DNA of 64,000 bases, from contig CBDCXF010000002.1 in NCBI GenBank assembly GCA_965223755.1, positions 602,526-666,525 on the forward strand, read 5' to 3'. Numbering within the stretch: the stretch's first letter is position 1; each line of letters begins with the position of its first letter. This DNA is from Candidatus Multivoradales bacterium (GTDB lineage: Bacteria; Acidobacteriota; Thermoanaerobaculia; Multivoradales; JAHEKO01). The notes under the pieces are model-generated. The model ran no database searches. It was not told the origin of the DNA and worked only from the letters and a program-made list of their open reading frames with translations. Shown here in pieces: positions 21,801-30,758 of the stretch. The position numbers were made by a program, and so were the translations under genes.

Positions 21801-22370
21801 TCACTCACCGGAACTGACCTCTGAAGCCGCAAAGACCTGGTTGAATGGTGGATCGCCGTGAGCTGGAAGGACTTGAATGTACTCATGTTCGTTGAGGGCG
21901 TGGCAACGGTTGCATCCGTCGATCAACATTGTGTAGCTGTCCCACGCGCTGTCCCAGTCGGCGGCCTGAAGGGCTCGATCCAAGGGGTCCAGTAGAGGAT
22001 CCATGATGATGGTTGCCGCCTCCCGAATCGGCACCTCGTCGTAAATCTCGACTTCCTTGACTTCGCCGTAGACTTCGAGCAGTTCACTCAAGTAGAAGCT
22101 CGCCAACTTTTGATTCTTGCCGTCAATCGAGTAGCCCAGCTTGGCACCGTGGCGCTGCAACTCGCCCATCAGAGCCGCCAACTCAACTTCGTGGTCGTCG
22201 GCTCCGCTCACGGCCTCCGAACTCTGGCTTTCGGCGTGCATAGACGGATGCGAACCCGAGCAACCCCAAGCCCCGACTAAACAGACCCCAATAAAGACTC
22301 TAAAAAGAAAGGCGACACCAGCCGGGTAAGAAACATGCTTCCAACAAGATTTTCGTGCTGTAACTTTCAT
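21801..22370 (-). CDS. Putative lipoprotein, class II (c'-like) cytochrome c
   Basis: Lipobox-like AWGC, helical body, C-terminal CNRCH heme motif; start uncertain. Confidence 0.65.
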   Translation of the reverse strand: MKVTARKSCWKHVSYPAGVAFLFRVFIGVCLVGAWGCSGSHPSMHAESQSSEAVSGADDHEVELAALMGELQRHGAKLGYSIDGKNQKLASFYLSELLEVYGEVKEVEIYDEVPIREAATIIMDPLLDPLDRALQAADWDSAWDSYTMLIDGCNRCHALNEHEYIQVLPAHGDPPFNQVFAASEVSSGE

Positions 22371-22465
22371 GATGTTCAATTCACCTAGGTAGGGCGAGGT
22401 ATAGTCGCCACGCCCAAGATACACTGACTCGAGGGCCTGTTCCCAAGACCGCCGGCCCTAGATCC

Positions 22466-24058
22466 ATGAAGCGTCTAGGCGTCCCCTACAAACAGTTCGA
22501 TTCCGTAGAGTCTTTCGACGCCATCGTCATCGGCTCCGGGATCAGTGGACTGGCCGCGGCAGCGTTGCTGGCCAAGCGCCGCGGCGCTCGCGTTCTGGTA
22601 CTCGAGCAGCACTACATGGTCGGCGGATTCACCCACGTTTATCGCCGCCACGGTTACGAATGGGATGTGGGTGTGCACTACCTCGGTGAGTTGGGGCATC
22701 CCCGGAGTATGGTCAAGCGGTTGTTCGACGCAGTGGGCGACGGCAGCTTGGAGTGGGCGTCCATGGGCGAGGTTTACGACCGCATCATCCTCGGTGACCA
22801 ATCCTTCGACTTCGTCACCGGTCGAGACAACTTCACCGCCAACCTGAAGGAGTGGTTTCCACGCCGCGAAAAGCAGATCGATCGCTACATGGAGTTGATC
22901 GATCAAGTCGGCCGCACCTCATTTCGCTATTGGAGTGAGAAGGCCTTGCCCGCGCCGCTGGCGGCGTTGTTGGGCTCGGCCGCCCGGCGACCCTTCATGC
23001 GCTACGCGACCAGAACCACTCGTGAGGTTTTGGAACCGCTGCTAGACGATGCAACCCTCATGGGCGTGGTCACCGGCCAGTGGGGTGACTACGGACTGCC
23101 GCCATCACAGAGCAGCTTTGCCATGCACGCCATTGTTGCGCGGCACTACCTGCGCGGCGGTTTCTATCCTGTCGGAGGAAGTTCTTCGATTGCGGCCTCG
23201 ATCGTACCGATCATCGAAGCGGCTGGCGGCGTGGTTTGCAACCAGGCCGACGTCGACCAGATCGAGACTCGCGGCGGAAGGGTCGTTGGGGTGCGCATGG
23301 CGGATGGGCGGGTTTTTGAAGCCGAGCTGGTCATCAGCAGCGCCGGCATCCACAACACCTGGCTGAAGCTGGTACCGGAATCGACGCGAGGCGCTCGAGC
23401 CATGGTGGAGAAGGCGCGCGGTCTCAAGCGGTCGATCGGCCACCTGTGCGCCTACGCCGGCCTGCGAGGAACGGTCGAAGAACTGGGGCTTCCCAAAACC
23501 AACTTGTGGATGTACCCAAGTGCCGACCATGACGCCAACGTTGCTGCATACCTAGCCAACCCAGAGGAAGCTCCTCCATTGGCTTTCGCCTCGTTTCCCT
23601 CGGCCAAAGATCCGACCTTTGCCGAACGCTATCCCGATCGACAAACCATCGAACTGGTCACCCTCGCTCCCTATTCGTGGTTCGAACCCTGGAAGGATGA
23701 ACCGTGGCGCGAACGCGGCGAGGAGTACGAAGCGCGCAAGAACGCCATTGCCGACCGCATGCTCGAAGCACTCTTCCAGCAACTGCCACACTTGCGCGGC
23801 AAGATCGACTACATGGAGGTCTCCAGTCCGCTTTCGACCCGGTTGTTCGGCTCTTACCAGGAAGGCGAGGTCTACGGTCTCGACCATTCCCCACATCGTT
23901 TTCGGCAGCGGTGGCTGCGACCGAAAACGCCGATTCGCGGTCTCTATTTGACCGGCCAGGACATCACCACCTGCGGCGTGACCAGCGCTCTAGCCTCCGG
24001 ATACCTCACGGCCTCGGCCATCTGCCGCAAGAATCTGTTGAAGACCGCTCTTCAGTGA
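22466..24058 (+). CDS. FAD-dependent phytoene desaturase / retinol saturase-like oxidoreductase
   Basis: VIGSGISGL dinucleotide fold, WDVGVHY, YPVGGSS, LYLTGQD. Confidence 0.88.
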   Translation: MKRLGVPYKQFDSVESFDAIVIGSGISGLAAAALLAKRRGARVLVLEQHYMVGGFTHVYRRHGYEWDVGVHYLGELGHPRSMVKRLFDAVGDGSLEWASMGEVYDRIILGDQSFDFVTGRDNFTANLKEWFPRREKQIDRYMELIDQVGRTSFRYWSEKALPAPLAALLGSAARRPFMRYATRTTREVLEPLLDDATLMGVVTGQWGDYGLPPSQSSFAMHAIVARHYLRGGFYPVGGSSSIAASIVPIIEAAGGVVCNQADVDQIETRGGRVVGVRMADGRVFEAELVISSAGIHNTWLKLVPESTRGARAMVEKARGLKRSIGHLCAYAGLRGTVEELGLPKTNLWMYPSADHDANVAAYLANPEEAPPLAFASFPSAKDPTFAERYPDRQTIELVTLAPYSWFEPWKDEPWRERGEEYEARKNAIADRMLEALFQQLPHLRGKIDYMEVSSPLSTRLFGSYQEGEVYGLDHSPHRFRQRWLRPKTPIRGLYLTGQDITTCGVTSALASGYLTASAICRKNLLKTALQ

Positions 24059-24082
24059 CTTCTGCGTTGACGCACAAACGAC

Positions 24083-25165
24083 TCAATCGTCCCAATCCCA
24101 AAAATAGTCCTTATTGGTCAACTCCGATTCGGCCTTGTCTTGGACGGCCATGGAGCCGCTTGATCCCACGCTGCTTGTCGCCTCTTCGCTTTGGATAACC
24201 ACCAACTGTTCCTCCAGATCCTCAGTCTCTTGCCGCCAGTACTCTTCGGTTCCAAAGTGCGGCCAACCGGACTGAAAGGCCGGATCGTGCCAGCGCCGAG
24301 CAAGCCAGCCGGTATAGCGCACCATGCGCAGGCCCCGCAGGATTTCAATCAAACCGAGGGTGCCGCAGTCGAAGTCGCGAAACTGCAGGTACCCGTCGAG
24401 AAGAGCCGCTCGCAACGCCAAAGCTTCGTCGCCCCGGCCCGGAAGCACCAGCCAGATGTCCTGCACTGGCGGTCCCACCGCCATGTCGTCGAAATCCAAG
24501 ACGCGCAGCTCGCCATCACGAAACAGCACGTTGCCCAAGTGCAAGTCCGCGTGGACGAGCTGGGTGGCGACCCCTGCCATGCGTTGGTCGGCTAGGTCGG
24601 CCAACGCCAGGGCGGCCGACCAGTAGCGGTCACGGACCCGCTTCGGGAGCGAGCCATCACTCCCGGCCCAATGGCCGATCCAAGCCAACGCGTCCCGGAT
24701 ATAGCGATCGGCGTCCAGTCGCGGCCGATGCGCGATCGGCAAGGTTGCCGCGATGTTGTGCATGCGCCCCAACCACATCCCCAACCGTCTCGCCGATTCA
24801 GGAGTTAGTTCATCGGGGGCGCGACCGCCACGACGAGGTGAGAGTGCATAGTGAACTCCGTCGATGGTCTTGAGTGTGTTTCCGTCTGGAAAAGGTCGAA
24901 CGGTGCAAACGGCAACTTCCGCCTCATCGAGCTTCCGCAAAAGGGCATGTTCTTCGAGGATTTGTTCCTTCGACCACCGGCCGGGTCGATAGAACTTGGC
25001 CACGACTCGGCTCTTGTCCTCAAGCTCGACCTCGTAGACACGGTTCTCGAACGAGTTGAGCGGATAGCACATACCGGTGGGCGCCAGCCCTCCCGCTTCC
25101 ACGGCATCCAACACTCGCTCGGGAGTGAGATGAAGAAAGAGATCGCGATGGTGCTCGTCGCTCAC
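24083..25165 (-). CDS. srkA: Stress response Ser/Thr kinase SrkA (RdoA/YihE)
   Basis: LNSFENRVY, KFYRPGRWS, HADLHLGN, LDFDD, GPPVQDIW, WLARRWHDPAF. Confidence 0.92.
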   Translation of the reverse strand: MSDEHHRDLFLHLTPERVLDAVEAGGLAPTGMCYPLNSFENRVYEVELEDKSRVVAKFYRPGRWSKEQILEEHALLRKLDEAEVAVCTVRPFPDGNTLKTIDGVHYALSPRRGGRAPDELTPESARRLGMWLGRMHNIAATLPIAHRPRLDADRYIRDALAWIGHWAGSDGSLPKRVRDRYWSAALALADLADQRMAGVATQLVHADLHLGNVLFRDGELRVLDFDDMAVGPPVQDIWLVLPGRGDEALALRAALLDGYLQFRDFDCGTLGLIEILRGLRMVRYTGWLARRWHDPAFQSGWPHFGTEEYWRQETEDLEEQLVVIQSEEATSSVGSSGSMAVQDKAESELTNKDYFWDWDD

Positions 25166-25182
25166 GGAGGCACTCTACCGCC
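25055..25182. repeat. 128-bp direct repeat, copy A (5' end of intact srkA)
   Basis: Matches 26741-26868 with 4 mismatches. Confidence 0.93.
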
Positions 25183-25369
25183 ACGCGAACGAATTTTTCC
25201 TCAGCTACCTAGGGCCTCTTAGGCGCACCTGCTCGCCTGTTACTAGCAGAAACTTGATCTCGTTATCCGGCCGGACACTCTCTTGTCTATCGCCAACGTT
25301 CGGGCTAGGCGTTATAGAGGAAAGTCGATTTATTGAGGTAATTTCCCTCCGTTTGCCGCTAGCCTATGC

Positions 25370-26722
25370 GTGATGAAGACGCGACTGCTGGTTCAGTTCA
25401 GACGGATGACTGCACTGCGCGGGCACTTGCGTCGCCTCTCTGGACGATCTGCCAGCCTATTGCGGCACCGAGTCAATTGCCCAGCCTGTGTTGTGGCTTT
25501 CGGCTTGATCCTGTCCTGCATCGGCTGCAACCACCTAGCAAGGTCTGGCCCAACCTCCGAACAACCAATTGTTGCCAAAACTCGTTCGGCCGTGCTCGAT
25601 CGAGTTACGCAAGATCTCTGCTCTAAAGAGGTGGTCTTGCTGGGCGAGGAAGCTCAACATGCAGGTGGCAAGGCGTTGGAACTCAAGGTGCAGATTGTCC
25701 GGCGCCTGGTCGAGCAATGCGCGTTTTCGGCAGTTTTCTTTGAAAGCCAGCTTTACGACTTCCTCGACTTCCAGCATGACCTGGCTGCCAGACTGGCGAC
25801 TCCGGCGCAACTCGCCGACGCTATCGGAGCACTATGGTCGATCAACCGCGAATTCGACCCTTTGGTGACGTTTTTGTTTGAGAAAGCGGAGTCCGGTGAC
25901 CTTGTGGTCGCTGGACTTGATCCGCAAGCTGGCAGCTCCACGCAGGTATATGCAAAGGAAATGCTTCCGACCTTGTTTGCGACGACGCTGCCCGAGCACC
26001 AACGAGATCAATGTGAGGCCCAACTGCGTCGATTCATTGCCTGGGATTTCGACGAAAAACACCCTTTCAACGACGCCGTGCTTCGACAACTGCAAGATTG
26101 TATGACCTGGGTTCAAGAAGCTCTCGAAATGAAACCCAACAGCCATGACACAGCCAGCACGGAACTCGAGCTTATGGTCGTCAATTTTGTTCGCTTTCTA
26201 GAGATCCGGTCTGGAGCGGGCAACGCGACTCGAGAGTCGGGCATGTACGACAACTTCCTTTGGCATCGAGAGCGTCTTGCGCCTGGCTCGAAGGTGATCG
26301 TGTGGTGTGCAACTGTCCACGCGGTAAGCACACTAGAACCTGTCGGTCGGGACTACATGCCCTTCGGTGGTTACATCCGCGAACTGTTGGGGCAACAGGC
26401 GGCAGTGGTCGGCGTGTCCGCATACTCGGGGAGCTATGGCTGGTATAAAAATCCACCAAAGATCCTCGATATCGCCTCTCCCGAATCGCTTGAAGGACGA
26501 GTCTACTTAGAACCGGGCGGAGACCTACGTTATGTGAGCAAGGAGGAACTTCGACGACTGGGGACGATTGAAGCGCGACCGATCTATTATTCTCAACCCA
26601 CGACGGCAGCCTGGGCGGACTTACTCGACGGTCTGGTCATCATTCGCGAAGAGCGACCACCGCAATACGTTCGGGACCCATGGAGGCCCCAACAAATGCT
26701 TGATCCATCGCTGGATAAATAA
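25370..26722 (+). CDS. Erythromycin esterase-family (EreA/TIKI superfamily) protein, probably exported
   Basis: VVLLGEEAQH, AVFFES, RESGMYDNF, KVIVWCATVH, DLLDGLVII; hydrophobic segment with Cys near the N-terminus; start uncertain. Confidence 0.8.
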   Translation: MMKTRLLVQFRRMTALRGHLRRLSGRSASLLRHRVNCPACVVAFGLILSCIGCNHLARSGPTSEQPIVAKTRSAVLDRVTQDLCSKEVVLLGEEAQHAGGKALELKVQIVRRLVEQCAFSAVFFESQLYDFLDFQHDLAARLATPAQLADAIGALWSINREFDPLVTFLFEKAESGDLVVAGLDPQAGSSTQVYAKEMLPTLFATTLPEHQRDQCEAQLRRFIAWDFDEKHPFNDAVLRQLQDCMTWVQEALEMKPNSHDTASTELELMVVNFVRFLEIRSGAGNATRESGMYDNFLWHRERLAPGSKVIVWCATVHAVSTLEPVGRDYMPFGGYIRELLGQQAAVVGVSAYSGSYGWYKNPPKILDIASPESLEGRVYLEPGGDLRYVSKEELRRLGTIEARPIYYSQPTTAAWADLLDGLVIIREERPPQYVRDPWRPQQMLDPSLDK

Positions 26723-26740
26723 CGTGGTTCTTTCCAATTG

Positions 26741-26868
26741 GTTGAGCGGATAGCACATACCGGTGGGCGCCAGCCCTCCCGCTTCCACGGCGTCCAATAC
26801 TCGCTCGGGAGTGAGATGAAGAAAGAGGTCTCGATGGTGCTCGTCGCTCACGGAGGCACTCTACCGCC
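26741..26868 (-). pseudogene. Truncated duplicate of the srkA 5' end (37 codons), repeat copy B
   Basis: Encodes MSDEHHRDLFLHLTPERVLDAVEAGGLAPTGMCYPLN, identical to the SrkA N-terminus, then diverges. Confidence 0.88.
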
Positions 26869-26930
26869 CCAATGAGCGGACCGATGAAGCGGGCCAGTGA
26901 AGTGGGCCAGTGAAGAGGGCAGCGAAGCCG

Positions 26931-27620
26931 CTACGCCAGCGCGAGCACGTCGCGAAGCTCATCGTAATCACGTGCTCGATAGGTGGGTTCCGGCTGCGGC
27001 GGATCGCAACTGTGACCGTCAAACCAGCAGGTGTCGATGCCGTAGTCGACACCGCCTTGGATGTCCGACGACAGCCCATCTCCCACAATGACGGTGTCTT
27101 CTTTGGCGGGTTGACCGCAGGCAGAGAACGTCGCGTCGAAGAACGCTCGCGCCGGCTTGGCGGCGCCGATCTCGCCGGAAATAAGGACGGCTGAAAAATA
27201 CTGCTCGATCCCCGCGGCAGCGATCCGGCCGCGCTGTACTTCGGCGATACCGTTGGTCACCAGAGCCAGTCGGCAGTGGACTGAAGCGTGCTCGAGAAAA
27301 GCCCGAGCGCCGGCCAAAAGGCCCCCCTCTTGACTCAAGTTGCGAACGAACGCGGCCGACATTCGGTGCGGATCGGCTTGTTGTCCGGTGTCCTCGAGCA
27401 GCTCGGCAAACCGTTCGAACTTGAGGTGCTCCTGACTGACCAATCCCAGCTCGTAGTCCGCCCACAGCTTGGAGTTGATGCTTCGGAAGCGCCGGAGAAG
27501 ATCGTCGAAAGGGTCCAGATCGAACGAGGCCCAGGTGCGCTCGAGCGCCGACGCCTGAGCCGAGTCAAAGTCGAGCAAGGTGCCGTCGGCGTCCAGCAGG
27601 AGCCAGCCGTAGCGCGCCAT
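26931..27620 (-). CDS. YjjG-like HAD-family pyrimidine nucleotidase
   Basis: LLDADGTLLDF, VTNG, KP, VGDGLSSDIQG. Confidence 0.88.
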   Translation of the reverse strand: MARYGWLLLDADGTLLDFDSAQASALERTWASFDLDPFDDLLRRFRSINSKLWADYELGLVSQEHLKFERFAELLEDTGQQADPHRMSAAFVRNLSQEGGLLAGARAFLEHASVHCRLALVTNGIAEVQRGRIAAAGIEQYFSAVLISGEIGAAKPARAFFDATFSACGQPAKEDTVIVGDGLSSDIQGGVDYGIDTCWFDGHSCDPPQPEPTYRARDYDELRDVLALA

Positions 27621-27627
27621 GGCGGAG

Positions 27628-27999
27628 TTATTGCGTCGATTCGGTGACGTCGAGTTCCGCCTGGTAGGGCAAAGCGTAGCCTTCACTACGGATAGCCACC
27701 TCCGCGCCCGCCTCGACTTGAAAACCGTCCAACTTCTTCCAGCCCAGCTCGACGGTCTCGCCGGCGGCGATCGATGCCAGCTCATAGTTCTTGACGTCGC
27801 CGTTGGGATTCTCAATCCGCACTTCGAGGCGGGACAGAGCCTCAACGTTGCGGTTGGTAATGCGGACGATCTTGCCCAAGCCGACGATCGATTCCCTGTA
27901 TTGCACCTCCAGAGGAGGCGCCTCCAGCCGGCTGCAGGAGCACAGCGCGGCCACCAAGACCAAGCCGGTCAGGCTTTTGAGTAGAAGCGAATTTTGCAT
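27628..27999 (-). CDS. Hypothetical lipoprotein
   Basis: Signal peptide with LCSC lipobox; beta-rich 123 aa. Confidence 0.65.
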   Translation of the reverse strand: MQNSLLLKSLTGLVLVAALCSCSRLEAPPLEVQYRESIVGLGKIVRITNRNVEALSRLEVRIENPNGDVKNYELASIAAGETVELGWKKLDGFQVEAGAEVAIRSEGYALPYQAELDVTESTQ

Positions 28000-28097
28000 C
28001 GCGCGATGCTACCCGATCAACTAACAACGTTAGGCGGCTTAAGACGCGAAAAGCAACCTAGTGTTATCTTCCTTCTGTTCTTTGGGGGGGTTTCGAC

Positions 28098-30557
28098 ATG
28101 ACATCTTTTGCAAAACTTGGCTACGGGTGGTTGGTTGCGTACCTGCTGGCTGGACCGATGCTGGCTAGGGCGCTAGGGGCTCAAGTGCCCGCCCACGGGG
28201 TAAGAGAAGCCATCGCGGACATGGAGGGCGCCGCTGGCGGCCGCATCCGAACGGTCGCTTCTGAGAAGACCGACCTCGTGATTTTCCTCGGCACCGAGCT
28301 CGGCAAACCGATCAAGGGGCGGCTGAGCGCAGCCGACCCGGCTCAGGATCGTGCCACGGATTTCTTGGATCGATTCGGTCGCGCTTTCGGCATTGACGAC
28401 CCTTCGGAATTGAGCCTCTCGAACGTTTCGGCAGTCGACGAAGTCGGTTTGGAGCACGTGCGGTTCCGCCAAACCTACCGGGGAGTTCCAGTAACTGGCG
28501 GTGAAGTGATGGTCCATTTGCGGGGCGCCGATGTCGTCTCCGCAAATGCCAAGGTCTTGGATGACCTAGGCGACATCGATGTCCAACCGAGAGTCTCGGT
28601 CGGCAAAGCCGCAGCCCTCGCCACCCAGGCAATCACCGAGCAGTTTGGGAAGCGAAAAGTGTGGTTTTCCGATCCGCGTCTTGAGATTCTCAATCGCGGC
28701 CTGCTCGGCGAGCGTGCCTCAGCCACGCGACTGGCGTGGTTCGTCGAAGCGCGTGCGCTGGACTTGCGCGAGTACCTCTGGCTCGACGCTGCATCGGGAA
28801 AGATTTTGCTGCAGTTCAGCCAGCTCACTGACGCCAAAGATCGGCAGGTTTACGACGCCGATGACCCCGGAGACGGCGTGTTCAACGATCTCCCCGGCAT
28901 CTTGGTGCGGGATGAAGGCGACCCCGCCACCGGCGATAGCGACGTGGATTCGGCCTACGACTTTGCTGGCGACACCTACGACTATTTCTTCAATGAGCAT
29001 GGCCGTGACAGCTACGATGATGCGGGAGCGACGATCGTCTCAAGCGTCCACTTCTGTTCATCCAGCACTTCCTGCCCCATGGTCAACGCCTTTTGGAACG
29101 GCATACAGATGGTCTACGGCGAAGGGTTTTCGGCCGCCGATGACGTCGTCGCCCATGAATTGACTCACGCGGTCACCGAAAGAACTGCCAACCTTTTTTA
29201 CTACATGCAAAGCGGCGCCTTGAACGAGTCCTACTCCGATATCTTTGGCGAGACCGTCGACCTTCTCAATGGTGACGCCGGCACCCGCTGGGATCTGGGT
29301 GAAGACATACCCGGCATCGGAGCGATTCGGGACATGGACGATCCCACGGTGTTCAACGATCCGGGCAAGGTCAGCGACCCCGAGTTCATCTGCAACGGTG
29401 GTGGATTCGATCCGGCGGCCGACCGGGGCGGCGTACACCAGAACAGTGGCGTCCCCAATCACGCCTACGCTTTGATGGTCGACGGCGGCAGCTACAACGG
29501 CTTCTCCATCACCGGCATCGGCCTGACGAAGGCAGGAAAGATCCAGTACCGTGCGCTGTCAACCTATTTGCTGTCGGCTTCCGACTTTCTCGACAACTAC
29601 AACGCTCTCAACCAATCGTGCCAGGACCTCATCGGAACCGTGGGCATTACCGCAGGGGATTGCACCGAAGTTACCAAGGCTCTCGACGCAGTCGAGATGG
29701 CTTCCACGTGGCCCTGCACTCCGCCAACACAGGCGGCCACCCCCGATCTCTGCAGCCCGGGCAGCACCGCCAGCGTCATTTCGCTGGAGGACTTTTCCAG
29801 CGGCGCCGGTCTTTCCCCCTGTCCAACCGCCACGGCGCCCACGGCTTGGTGCTGGAACGACACCAGCAGCGTCCTCGGCCCTTTCGCCACCAGCGGTACG
29901 GCCAGTGCTTGGGGATACAACCGGCCGACGAAAGGCAATCTGATCCGGGAATTCGTGGCCAGCAACCCGCTCGCGGCGGACGCCTGGTTGCAGTTCAACC
30001 ACTCCTTCGGATTCGAGAACACCTTTTCGAACGGCACTTATTGGGATGGCGGCGTGCTGGAGTACAGCACCAATGGCGGCAGCACCTGGACCGACGCCGG
30101 TTCTCTGATCGTCGACGGCCAAAGCTACAGCGGCAACATCAGAGCGGGCGGCGGCCCCAATGCCAATCCCCTCGCCGGCCAGTCCGCTTTCGTCGGCGAA
30201 AGCTGGGGCTTCACCGCCACCCAGATGGACCTGAGTTCGCTCGCGGCCACCGACTTTCGCCTGCGCTTCAATATCGGCACCGACGGTTCCGTTGACGACT
30301 ACGGTTGGTTCATCGACGACCTCGTTCTCTACACCTGCGAGACCAATATATGCGTCGCCGATCTCAGCCTCACTTCAGCCGACAACGGCTCAGCCATGAG
30401 CTACTCGGCCACCAACACCATCACCGCGGGTAGTGGCTTTGCTGTCGGTGGTACCGAGACGGTCGACTTCAGTGCTGGAACCTCAATCATTTTGGAGAAC
30501 GACTTCTCCGTCGCCAGCGGAGGTCAATTCACGGCTCGGCTTGACGGTTGTCCTTGA
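28098..30557 (+). CDS. Secreted M4 (thermolysin-like) metalloprotease with FTP/PepSY propeptide and C-terminal accessory domains
   Basis: NAFWNG, HELTH, SGALNESYSD, GGVHQNSG; jelly-roll-like module and a final module resembling the 3-coathanger stack domain. Confidence 0.9.
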   Translation: MTSFAKLGYGWLVAYLLAGPMLARALGAQVPAHGVREAIADMEGAAGGRIRTVASEKTDLVIFLGTELGKPIKGRLSAADPAQDRATDFLDRFGRAFGIDDPSELSLSNVSAVDEVGLEHVRFRQTYRGVPVTGGEVMVHLRGADVVSANAKVLDDLGDIDVQPRVSVGKAAALATQAITEQFGKRKVWFSDPRLEILNRGLLGERASATRLAWFVEARALDLREYLWLDAASGKILLQFSQLTDAKDRQVYDADDPGDGVFNDLPGILVRDEGDPATGDSDVDSAYDFAGDTYDYFFNEHGRDSYDDAGATIVSSVHFCSSSTSCPMVNAFWNGIQMVYGEGFSAADDVVAHELTHAVTERTANLFYYMQSGALNESYSDIFGETVDLLNGDAGTRWDLGEDIPGIGAIRDMDDPTVFNDPGKVSDPEFICNGGGFDPAADRGGVHQNSGVPNHAYALMVDGGSYNGFSITGIGLTKAGKIQYRALSTYLLSASDFLDNYNALNQSCQDLIGTVGITAGDCTEVTKALDAVEMASTWPCTPPTQAATPDLCSPGSTASVISLEDFSSGAGLSPCPTATAPTAWCWNDTSSVLGPFATSGTASAWGYNRPTKGNLIREFVASNPLAADAWLQFNHSFGFENTFSNGTYWDGGVLEYSTNGGSTWTDAGSLIVDGQSYSGNIRAGGGPNANPLAGQSAFVGESWGFTATQMDLSSLAATDFRLRFNIGTDGSVDDYGWFIDDLVLYTCETNICVADLSLTSADNGSAMSYSATNTITAGSGFAVGGTETVDFSAGTSIILENDFSVASGGQFTARLDGCP

Positions 30558-30758
30558 GGCTGCGCCGAGGCACGGATCCTTGTGAGACGTCGCATCGAAC
30601 TTTGTTCTGCGCCTAAGGTTGGTCGCCCCGATTTATCGGAATTAGGGCTCGCCTGCCACCTTCGGTCGGCGCTCAGATTCCGTCGTCATCGTCAGCGACG
30701 ATGACGTCCGCTGAAGCTGTATCGGGCATACCCTATAGTTCGCAGGCTACTGCCACTC

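Noticed and set aside
20393-24058. Tocopherol or carotenoid pathway from the cyclase and desaturase homologs
   Set aside because: No prenyltransferase, HPPD or crtB nearby; both families are widespread in non-producers
26716-26747. Integron attC site at the repeat boundary (GTTGAGC fits GTTRRRY)
   Set aside because: No proper RYYYAAC inverse core or attC hairpin, too short, and cassette insertion would not duplicate 128 bp
26891-26915. Short tandem duplication GGGCCAGTGAAG
   Set aside because: Two copies only, probably local slippage with no further structure
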